From NCBI GenBank assembly GCA_965213625.1, contig CBDBZU010000004.1:3168001-3232000 (forward strand): DNA of 64,000 bases. Reading direction: 5' to 3'. Positions within the stretch are counted from its first letter, which is position 1; every line of letters starts with the position of its first letter. Positions 11,096 to 19,581 of this stretch are shown piece by piece. A model generated the notes under the pieces. That model saw only the letters and a list, made by a program, of their open reading frames with translations. It was not told where the DNA came from and made no database searches. This DNA is from a bacterium (GTDB taxonomy: Bacteria > UBA8248). Position numbers and translations under genes: made by a program.

Positions 11096-12559
11096 CTACT
11101 CCCCGTGTTCGTTCTCGCCCGGGGGTGGGGACGCGAAACTGTTCCCGATGGCGATCACGGCCTCTCGCCCGCCGTGCCGCTCGACCAGCGCCGCCTGCTC
11201 CGCCTTTGCGCGCCTGTCCACCTCTTCGGGGTCGAGGATGCGCAGAAGACACGCTTCGAGTTCCGTTAGAATGGATTGATGCGCAGGGTTTTGAGAGATG
11301 TCGTGACGCTCTTCGGGGTCGTCTTCCAGATCGAAGAGTTCGGGCTCGTGCCCCACGTAATGGATGTACTTGTAGCGCCCACGGCGAATCATGAACAGAC
11401 CCGTTTTGGCGCCGAGCGCGTGGAATTCACTAAAAATCTCTCGCCCGGGTTCATCGGGTTCGCTCGCCATTCGGAACAGGGAGTCGCCGTGTAGCGGCGC
11501 TTCCGCTTGGCCTTCGAGCAAGCCTGCGCAATCGAGCGCCGAGGGATACAGGTCGATGAGCGAGACCGGCGTTCGCGACACCTTCCCCCTCGGCACGTCC
11601 GGCCCCGAGACGATGAGAGGCACGGCGACTGATTCCTCATACATGGTGGATTTCCCCCAAAGGCCGCGCTCGCCCAGGTTGTCTCCGTGATCGCTAGCGA
11701 AGAGCACCCGCGTGTTGTCCCTGAAGCCTGAATCTTCCAGGGTTTTCAAGATTCTTCCGACGTTCGAATCCACAAAGCTGATCATGGCGAAATATGACGC
11801 GAGAGCGACGCGTCGTTTGTGGTCATCGAAATAATCGTCGTACGGAGCGCATTCGTGAAGCGCGGCAATCCACGGGTGCCAATCGTAGCCGCCCGAAGGG
11901 TGGGGCTCGGGCAGCGGAATTTCTTCGAGCGGGTAGTGATCGTAAAACTCGGGCGGTCCGATGAATGGGAAATGCGGGCACGTGAGGGAGACGAACAACG
12001 CCCAGGGGCGCTCGTCATCTTCCTTCGCTTGCCCGGCAATCCACTCGCAGGCCAAATCCGTGACTTGTCCGTCATAGGAGATATATTTGGAGTCACCCGG
12101 CCCGATTTGCTCGGCCATCCACTCCGGATTGTTCCGGGGCGGCAGGCCCTTCTCATCGCGAACCGCACTGTGGATATCACCTATACCACCTTTGGGTACA
12201 TGCAGGGGGATTATTTGCTCGTCGAAGCCGACGGGAAGCTCGGCGTTTCGGTAATGGAGCTTGCCGACCGAAGCGGTTCTCATCCCGGCTTCCTGGAGGC
12301 GGTGGCCCCAGCTCGGGGGCTTTCCCTCGTAGGGGTGCGCATTGTCCCAGGCGCTGATTTCATGGACATACTTGCCCGTGGCGAAACTCGCGCGGGCCGG
12401 CGCGCAGATGGGGCAGTTCGTATATGCGCTCTCGAACCGCGTGCCCGACGAAGCGAGCGCGTCGATGTTCGGCGTCTTGACAATCGGGTGGCCATAACAG
12501 CCCATCATTTTTTGTGTATGCTCATCATCCATCAAGAGCAAGAAATTCATCGGTTCCAT
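11096..12559 (-). CDS. Sulfatase-family hydrolase (choline-sulfatase-like, Cys-type)
   Basis: CAPARAS (CxPxR), GKLH, SDHG, GKSTMYEES, ELFDLEDDPEE; no signal peptide. Confidence 0.88.
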   Translation of the reverse strand: MEPMNFLLLMDDEHTQKMMGCYGHPIVKTPNIDALASSGTRFESAYTNCPICAPARASFATGKYVHEISAWDNAHPYEGKPPSWGHRLQEAGMRTASVGKLHYRNAELPVGFDEQIIPLHVPKGGIGDIHSAVRDEKGLPPRNNPEWMAEQIGPGDSKYISYDGQVTDLACEWIAGQAKEDDERPWALFVSLTCPHFPFIGPPEFYDHYPLEEIPLPEPHPSGGYDWHPWIAALHECAPYDDYFDDHKRRVALASYFAMISFVDSNVGRILKTLEDSGFRDNTRVLFASDHGDNLGERGLWGKSTMYEESVAVPLIVSGPDVPRGKVSRTPVSLIDLYPSALDCAGLLEGQAEAPLHGDSLFRMASEPDEPGREIFSEFHALGAKTGLFMIRRGRYKYIHYVGHEPELFDLEDDPEERHDISQNPAHQSILTELEACLLRILDPEEVDRRAKAEQAALVERHGGREAVIAIGNSFASPPPGENEHGE

Positions 12560-12874
12560 TCGCGCAACTCCCTGAATCGGTTAGAAGTAGTCTAGAATCC
12601 GTAAAATCATATCTCCTGAAACAACGAATTGAAACTGCCCTCACTCCCGAATTGCGGCAAAACGCCCCGTTCGTTTTGACTTCAATATGCGTGACTATGC
12701 GCGTTGAAGCCAGTTGCTTCACACCCCTCGTATATCTTGGTTGCCAATTCTTTCCATTTCCGTCAATATAAGGGATCGGTTCGCCCAGACCCCCAAAAGG
12801 CGCAGGTCGGGAACCTGAAGAAGAAAATATGTCTCCCCGCATTTGGCGAGAGAGACTTTATCAGGCTGATTACA

Positions 12875-15697
12875 ATGAATTTAGACTACGCACGGGACGT
12901 TTTTCCCTTCGTCCAGAAACCTTCGCGTTATCTTGGGAACGAGGTCAACTCGATCCATAAGGATCTCGCCAGGGTAAGGAACAGCATTGCCCTCGCCTTC
13001 CCGGATACATATGAAGTCGGCATGTCTCACAACGGCATCCGCATTCTCTATCACCTCTTAAACGAATACGAAAGCGTCGCCGCTGAGCGTGTTTTTCTCC
13101 CCTGGAATGATTTCGAAACCATCCTGAGAAGCAAAAACGCGCTTCTGACCACGCTGGAGAGCCGAACACCCGTCCGGGAATTCCATATTCTGGGCATATC
13201 GCTTCTGTATGAGCTGGCCGCCAGCAACATCGTCTTGCTCCTTGATTTGGCAGGCATACCCAGGCGCGCCGCCCAAAGGCGGAGAGAAGACCCGCTCGTC
13301 ATCGCGGGCGGCCCCGTGACGTTCAACGTAGAGCCCATGGCGCCTTTCTTCGACGCCGTCGCCTTAGGCGATGGAGAAGAGCTTTTCCCCGAGGTCATCA
13401 AGGCCCACGAGAGGTGGCGGGAGACGAACGCCCCGAGAGAAGCGCTGCTCGAGATGCTGGAGGAGATTGACGGCGTCTATGTCCCGAGTCGCTACGTGGT
13501 CGAGCACGAATCCGGCGGCGAGGTGGAAAGCTTCCATCACGTCAGCGGACACCAGGAACCCGTACTGGCGCGCGTGCTGGAGGATTTGAACAATTCACCC
13601 CACCCCACGCAGCCCGTCATCCCCTTCACCCAGGTGGTGCACGACCGGGTGACGCTCGAGGTGCAGCGTGGATGCACGAGGGGATGCCGCTTTTGCCACG
13701 CGGGTATGGTCTATCGCCCCGTTCGGGATCGGGACCCCCACAAAGTTCTCGAACTCGCCGAGGAATCCCTCAAGAATACGGGTTATGAGGAAATCAGCCT
13801 CTCATCGCTTTGCATCGCCGATTATCAACCCTTGAAGGGTCTGGTGCCCCGTATGATGGAGCGCCTCGCGCCCATGCAGACCTCCATCTCCCTGCCTTCG
13901 CTGCGCGTCGGAGCCATGAGCCCGGATCTCCTGGCTCAGATCGCCCGCGTGCGCCGCACGGGTTTCACCCTCGTACCCGAGGCGGGCAGCGAGCGACTGC
14001 GTAACGTCATCAACAAAGTGCTGACCGAGGCGGATCTCGAGCGAAACCTGCAGGACATCCTCGATACCGGCTGGCCGGGTGTGAAGTTCTATTTCATGCT
14101 GGGGCTTCCCACCGAGAATTTCGACGATTTGCAGGAAATGGCGGACATGCTCATGTCCTGCATGAAAATGCGCTCGCGGAAAACGGGCGAGCCGTTCCGC
14201 TTCATCAACGTCAGCCTTTCCACCTTCGTGCCGAAGCCCCATACGCCGTTCCAGTGGTTTCCCCAGAACAAGAAAGAGGAAATCAAGGCGAAACTCGATT
14301 TCATCAAGCGGGCCGTGCCCGACAGGCGAATCAAGCTGCACTGGTCGAATCCCGAGCACAGTTTTTTGGAAGCGGTAATCTCGAAAGGCGATCGCCGCCA
14401 GGCGGACGTCATCGAGACGGCGGTCGATATGGGATGCAAATTCGACGGCTGGATGGAGTTTTTCGATTACGACAAGTGGATGGCCGCCTTCAGGGAACAT
14501 GGCCTCGACCCGGAATGGTACGCATACCGTGACATTCCGGAAGATGCCCCGCTGCCCTGGGATCACCTCGACTGCGGGGTGACGAAGGAGTACCAGCTCG
14601 CCGACTGGAAGCGATCCCTCCGCGAGGTCACCATCGGCGATTGCCGCTACGAGGCGTGCGGTCAATGCGGCATTCTGGATAAATACAAAGGCATCAAATA
14701 TCACTACGAAAAACCCTTGCCGCTTGAAAACACCCCTCTCCCGGTCATCAACGCGCCAGTTCGGTCGGGTGGTATGGTTCAGGCGGCGGATTTGCCGCCC
14801 GGACAAGACATCGCTCCTGTAGAACCGGTGGAACTCGCAATCGCCAAGGCCCAGCCCGAACCGCCGCGGCCCAGGCAAAGGAGGCGCAAGAGCGTCGCAC
14901 GGGAATCAGGGCCCGTTCCGGTGGGTTTCGAGGGTGCCCAAGACGACAACCCCGGCCTGTCTGAAGAACAACCCGACGCGCCCATCCGAAAATTCAGATT
15001 CATCTATGAAAAATCAGGCGACCTGCGCTTCTTGAGTCACCTGGAGATTCTGAGAACTTTCATCCGCGCCATTCAGCGCGCGGGCTACCGCCTCGAACAC
15101 TCCAAAGGCTTCAACCCGCACCCCAAAATCGTTTTCTCTCATGCGCTGCCCGTAGGCGTGGAAAGCCGCGCGGAGGTGGTGGATTTCTCGCTATTGGAGG
15201 TCGACGGGCGCATCGAATTACGCGATTTGTTCCAAAACCTGAAACGTGAACTCCCCCGAGGCTTAAGGCCCCGTTCGGGATGGCGCATCGTGGGCAAAGC
15301 ACCCTCATCCGCCAATGCGCTCAGCGCCGCAACCTATGAAATTTCCTTGTCTCGAAAAGATATGGACTCGCCTGAAGCGCCGGATTCACAGGTCAGTATT
15401 ATCATCGAGGAGTTCATGGATGAGAAAAGCATTGAAATTACGCGCGAGCGCAAAGGGAAGATAAAACATTTCGACGCGCGGCCATCCATCGTGCGGTTTT
15501 CACTCGAATCTTCGACCGACGCCGTCATTCGCCTGCACCTCACGCTCCTTTATGGAGATGGCGTCAAACCAAAGGTTACGGAACTTCTCGCCCGATGTTT
15601 CGGGCTTTCTCCCGAGGCATGCCTGAGGGCTCGGATTCAGAAAATCACCGTCCACTGGAGAGCGGGAACGTCCCGCACACTACAAAATGCCGTCTGA
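12875..15697 (+). CDS. TIGR03960-like radical SAM protein fused to a TIGR03936/DUF2344 domain
   Basis: KPSRYLGNE, FPDTYEVGMS, CTRGCRFC (CX3CX2C), LPWDHLD; C-terminal FLSHLE...GFNPHPK; start moved to ATG 12875. Confidence 0.9.
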   Translation: MNLDYARDVFPFVQKPSRYLGNEVNSIHKDLARVRNSIALAFPDTYEVGMSHNGIRILYHLLNEYESVAAERVFLPWNDFETILRSKNALLTTLESRTPVREFHILGISLLYELAASNIVLLLDLAGIPRRAAQRRREDPLVIAGGPVTFNVEPMAPFFDAVALGDGEELFPEVIKAHERWRETNAPREALLEMLEEIDGVYVPSRYVVEHESGGEVESFHHVSGHQEPVLARVLEDLNNSPHPTQPVIPFTQVVHDRVTLEVQRGCTRGCRFCHAGMVYRPVRDRDPHKVLELAEESLKNTGYEEISLSSLCIADYQPLKGLVPRMMERLAPMQTSISLPSLRVGAMSPDLLAQIARVRRTGFTLVPEAGSERLRNVINKVLTEADLERNLQDILDTGWPGVKFYFMLGLPTENFDDLQEMADMLMSCMKMRSRKTGEPFRFINVSLSTFVPKPHTPFQWFPQNKKEEIKAKLDFIKRAVPDRRIKLHWSNPEHSFLEAVISKGDRRQADVIETAVDMGCKFDGWMEFFDYDKWMAAFREHGLDPEWYAYRDIPEDAPLPWDHLDCGVTKEYQLADWKRSLREVTIGDCRYEACGQCGILDKYKGIKYHYEKPLPLENTPLPVINAPVRSGGMVQAADLPPGQDIAPVEPVELAIAKAQPEPPRPRQRRRKSVARESGPVPVGFEGAQDDNPGLSEEQPDAPIRKFRFIYEKSGDLRFLSHLEILRTFIRAIQRAGYRLEHSKGFNPHPKIVFSHALPVGVESRAEVVDFSLLEVDGRIELRDLFQNLKRELPRGLRPRSGWRIVGKAPSSANALSAATYEISLSRKDMDSPEAPDSQVSIIIEEFMDEKSIEITRERKGKIKHFDARPSIVRFSLESSTDAVIRLHLTLLYGDGVKPKVTELLARCFGLSPEACLRARIQKITVHWRAGTSRTLQNAV

Positions 15698-17294
15698 AAT
15701 CGTCGTCAACGCCGAGCCGTTCGAGACGCGCATCGCGCTGCTCGAAAACGGAGTAGCGGCCGAGCTTTATATCGAACGAGAAAGCGGCAAGAACATCGTC
15801 GGCAACATATACAAGGGAAAAGTCACAAAAGTGCTGCCGGGAATGCAGGCGGCGTTCGTAGACATCGGGCTCGAAAAGGCGGGTTTTCTCTACGTGAGCG
15901 ACGTAGACACCATCGAGTCCATTGAGAATTACAGAAAACTCGCGGCCGAACAGTCAGAAGACGACGATGATCTCGAGTTCGAAGGCAACGACTTCAGCAA
16001 CGGGGACGATCACGATGGCGGCAAGGTCGAGCAGCAAAACGGCTCCCATCGTAACCTCGTCGGAAGACGCCCGCGCCGTTGGGAGGAAGAACGCCACATA
16101 GAGGACCTGCTTCAAGACGGCCAGGACGTCATCGTCCAGGTAAGCAAAGAGCCCCTGGGCACCAAAGGCTCCCGCCTGACGAGCTACATCACCCTGCCCG
16201 GACGGTACGTGGTTTACATGCCCACGATCAAGCAAATCGGCATCAGCAGGCGAATCGAGAACGAAGATGAACGAAAAAGGCTCAAGAAACTGGTGCGCAA
16301 AAACCGCCAGCCAGGAGCCGGATACATCGTGCGCACGGCGAGTGAAACCATGCCCGCCCAGGACATCGAAGCCAACGTGAACTTCCTGCACGCGCTCTGG
16401 GAAGATATTCTAATCAAAAACGAATCGGCTTCCTCGCCGTCTCGGATTCACTCGAACTTGAACATCATTGAGCGGACCGTAAGGGATTTGTTCAATTCCT
16501 CCGTCGACAGGATGATAATCGACGACAAAGAACAATTTCTGAAGACCAAGGATTTCATACAAAGCTATTATCCGCATCTGGTTCCCAAGCTCCAGCACTA
16601 TGACGGAGATGAACCGATATTCGATTATTTCGGTGTCGAATTAGAACTTGAGCGCGCTCTCGGCCAGCGCGTGTGGCTGCGTAATGGCGGCTATATCGTG
16701 ATCGATCAGACCGAGGCGCTCACGACGATCGACGTCAACACCGGACGATTCGTGGGCAAGAAAAGCCCCGAGGAGACGATTCTCGAAACAAATCTGGAAG
16801 CGGTGCGGGAAATCGTATCCCAATTGCGCCTGCGAAACCTGGGCGGGATCATCATCGTCGATTTCATCGACATGGAAAAAGAAGTGAATCGGGATAAAGT
16901 ATTCAATACCTTCAAGGAGGAACTCAGAAAAGACCGCTCGCGCACCAATATCTTGAAGATAAGCGAGTTGGGGCTCGTCGAGATGACCCGAAAGCGCGTT
17001 CGTGACAGCATCCTGAGAACACTCTGCACCGCGTGTCCCTATTGCGAAGGACGCGGACAGGTAAAATCCGCGATCTCGGTGAGCTATGAAGCCATGCGGG
17101 AAGTGCGCCGGGTGAGAAGAGCGCACAAGGACGCCGCAAAATTCCTCATCAACGTCCACCCCGAGGTCGTGGATATCCTCCTCGATGAAGAAAGAAGGCA
17201 CGTGGAAGAACTCGAGAGCCTGCTCAAGATACAGCTCGTCATTAAAGGAGATGCCGAGCTGCATCGAGAAGGCTTCGAGGTCGTCCGGCTATAA
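15687..17294 (+). CDS. rng: Rne/Rng family ribonuclease (RNase G-like)
   Basis: GNIYKGKV...LPGMQAAFVDIG S1 domain, IDVNTG, GGIIIVDFIDM, CPYC Zn-link; no long C-terminal scaffold. Confidence 0.93.
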   Translation: MPSEIVVNAEPFETRIALLENGVAAELYIERESGKNIVGNIYKGKVTKVLPGMQAAFVDIGLEKAGFLYVSDVDTIESIENYRKLAAEQSEDDDDLEFEGNDFSNGDDHDGGKVEQQNGSHRNLVGRRPRRWEEERHIEDLLQDGQDVIVQVSKEPLGTKGSRLTSYITLPGRYVVYMPTIKQIGISRRIENEDERKRLKKLVRKNRQPGAGYIVRTASETMPAQDIEANVNFLHALWEDILIKNESASSPSRIHSNLNIIERTVRDLFNSSVDRMIIDDKEQFLKTKDFIQSYYPHLVPKLQHYDGDEPIFDYFGVELELERALGQRVWLRNGGYIVIDQTEALTTIDVNTGRFVGKKSPEETILETNLEAVREIVSQLRLRNLGGIIIVDFIDMEKEVNRDKVFNTFKEELRKDRSRTNILKISELGLVEMTRKRVRDSILRTLCTACPYCEGRGQVKSAISVSYEAMREVRRVRRAHKDAAKFLINVHPEVVDILLDEERRHVEELESLLKIQLVIKGDAELHREGFEVVRL

Positions 17295-17345
17295 CGAGGC
17301 GCCCTGCAATTTTTATGTAATGTTGCCGCCTTGAGGATAGACGAT

Positions 17346-18137
17346 ATGCGGCGAAGTGTATGCGCATTGGCATTCACTGTGTTTCTGGCAGGGTGCGCCA
17401 ATTTCCCCCAACTCAATCCGGGATCCGGCTCATCCGAGAGTCTCCGTGGCGCTTCCGGAACCAAGATACTCGAGAAAGAATTGTTCGCCGCCAGGGAGCG
17501 TAACGCGCGACTCGAAGCTCAAATGTCCGATTCCGCCAAGAAAATCGTAACGCTTACCCAGGGAATTCGTGACTTAAAAAAAGAAATCAGCACTCTAGAG
17601 GCCGCCATGGAAAGGCTAAGGCGGGAGAACATAATCGCCAGGAGTTTCCCGGTTCCCCCGCCCTCGCGAAAGCCGAAGATAGCGCCAAAAACTTTACCCG
17701 GCAAGCCTTCCGTAAAGCCGAAGAAACTTGGGCGAACGACAATCACCCCGCAGGCGCTCTACAATAAATCATATCGCGCCGTCAGGGACGGAAAAAACAA
17801 TGCGGCCATTCGAGGATTTCGCCGTTTCTTGCGCCTGTTTCCCGAAAATCAGTTAGCACCCCATTCCCAGTATTGGCTTGGGGAGGCTTACTACGCGCTC
17901 AGTCAATACCACGAGGCGCTGGATGAGTTTCTGAAACTCATCACAAGATACCCCAAAAGCCGCAAGGTTCCGGATGCCTATTACAAGCGAGGGCTTACAT
18001 ATATCCGTCGCAAATTCCCATTGAATGCTACCCTTGAATTTGAAAATCTGGTCGAAAAATTCCCCGCTCATCCGTTATCTGAAAAGGCGAGAATCCAACT
18101 CCAGAATCTCAAGCACTACATCGGAAAAAAGCCCTGA
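17346..18137 (+). CDS. CpoB/YbgF-like TPR lipoprotein
   Basis: Lipobox LAGC, coiled coil, Pro-rich linker, TPRs with QYWLGEAYY and YPKSRKVPDA. Confidence 0.8.
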   Translation: MRRSVCALAFTVFLAGCANFPQLNPGSGSSESLRGASGTKILEKELFAARERNARLEAQMSDSAKKIVTLTQGIRDLKKEISTLEAAMERLRRENIIARSFPVPPPSRKPKIAPKTLPGKPSVKPKKLGRTTITPQALYNKSYRAVRDGKNNAAIRGFRRFLRLFPENQLAPHSQYWLGEAYYALSQYHEALDEFLKLITRYPKSRKVPDAYYKRGLTYIRRKFPLNATLEFENLVEKFPAHPLSEKARIQLQNLKHYIGKKP

Positions 18138-18246
18138 GGAAAATAAATGATCCATTCTCCCCTCGCCCCGAACTTATCCTATGTCTTGACACGAGATACG
18201 GACTCCATGCTAAGGGTTCAAACGTGATCAATGCCGGAGATCGTGA

Positions 18247-19425
18247 ATGAGAACCTTGAACCCCTTTTTGCGCTTCGAGAATCGAGATCCTTTGAGCGCA
18301 GCCGATGCCTGGCTCGTCTTGCAAACCTTCCCGGGAATGACGCCTGAGCGCCTGAGTCGATTGACCGAAGCGTTTGAGCGCCCTCAGGAAGCTTTTGATG
18401 CGCCCCCCGATGTATTCGCGCGCCTTTGCGGGCGGAAAGCCCGTGAAGTTCTTGATAAAGATTCGCCGGTCGATTTGGCCGTCAAAATCCGCAAGGAAGC
18501 TTCGAATCAAGGCGCAAGTGTCATCACGCGCGATTCCGCCCGATACCCCGATTCCCTGCGCGAGATATACGCCCCGCCGGGCGCATTCTTCACCGAGGGA
18601 GAAATTCTCGCCACGGATCGTCTCGCTGTCGCTATCGTCGGCATGCGGCGTCCGACGGACTATGGAAGGCGGGTGGCGAGGCAGCTTGCGGCCGATCTCG
18701 CCAGAAAAGGAATTACCATCGTTAGCGGAATGGCCTACGGCATCGATGCGGAAGCTCACAAGGCCACACTCGATGCGGGAGGCAGAACCATCGCCGTCCT
18801 CGGGTGTGGCCTGACCCAGAACTATCCTGCCGAGCATAAGGAACTCAGACAAGAGATCGCCGCCCAAGGCGCCGTGATATCGGAATTTCACCTACGCGCT
18901 CATCCGAGGAAAGAAAATTTTCCCCGAAGAAACCGCCTCATCAGCGGCTTGTCCCTGGCGACGGTCGTCGTCGAGGCCGCTCAGCGAAGCGGTGCGCTCC
19001 TGACCGCTCGGCTGGCGCTTGAGCAGGGACGCGATGTGATGGCCGTACCCGGGCCCGTCCATACCCAGAAGAGTACCGGCTGCCATTATCTGCTCAAAGA
19101 GGGGGCGCACCTGGTGGAAAATGCGGACGACATCGTCAACGCTCTTCCAGAGTACGCCCGAAGTATGTTAGATAATCCAGCGCAGATTCGAGTCAAGGGA
19201 TTGGGTCCCGAAATAAACGAAGCTCCAAGGGCGACGCCAAACGCGAATCTCACAGAAGATGAAAACGCGCTATTGCTCTTGCTGGAAAATGGAGACAACA
19301 CCATCGAGGGCCTGACCCAGCAGCGGGGCCTGCCGGCGCAGGAAGTTTCATCCGCTTTGTTGCGCCTGGAACTGGAAGGACTCATGAGACAAAAGACCTC
19401 AGGAAGTTACGAACGAGTTTCATGA
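18247..19425 (+). CDS. dprA: DNA-processing protein DprA/Smf
   Basis: VSGMAYGIDAEAH, FPRRNRLISG, SGALLTA; C-terminal winged helix LLRLELEG. Confidence 0.95.
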   Translation: MRTLNPFLRFENRDPLSAADAWLVLQTFPGMTPERLSRLTEAFERPQEAFDAPPDVFARLCGRKAREVLDKDSPVDLAVKIRKEASNQGASVITRDSARYPDSLREIYAPPGAFFTEGEILATDRLAVAIVGMRRPTDYGRRVARQLAADLARKGITIVSGMAYGIDAEAHKATLDAGGRTIAVLGCGLTQNYPAEHKELRQEIAAQGAVISEFHLRAHPRKENFPRRNRLISGLSLATVVVEAAQRSGALLTARLALEQGRDVMAVPGPVHTQKSTGCHYLLKEGAHLVENADDIVNALPEYARSMLDNPAQIRVKGLGPEINEAPRATPNANLTEDENALLLLLENGDNTIEGLTQQRGLPAQEVSSALLRLELEGLMRQKTSGSYERVS

Positions 19426-19581
19426 TCAAGCGATCGACTGTTTCGTTGATAGGGAATGTTAAATTTGACGAATTCGCCCGCGAAGCGCAAGCGTTCGCTA
19501 ATCAAAAAACCAACGCCGTCCACCAGGAAGATTCATTCGCAAACGGAGCCCCGAATAACAACTCGTGGGTATGAGAAATAA

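Noticed and set aside
11096-15697. Sulfatase next to a radical SAM gene as a sulfatase/anSME maturase pair
   Set aside because: The radical SAM protein is TIGR03960-type, lacks a SPASM domain and belongs to the mre-rng neighbourhood.
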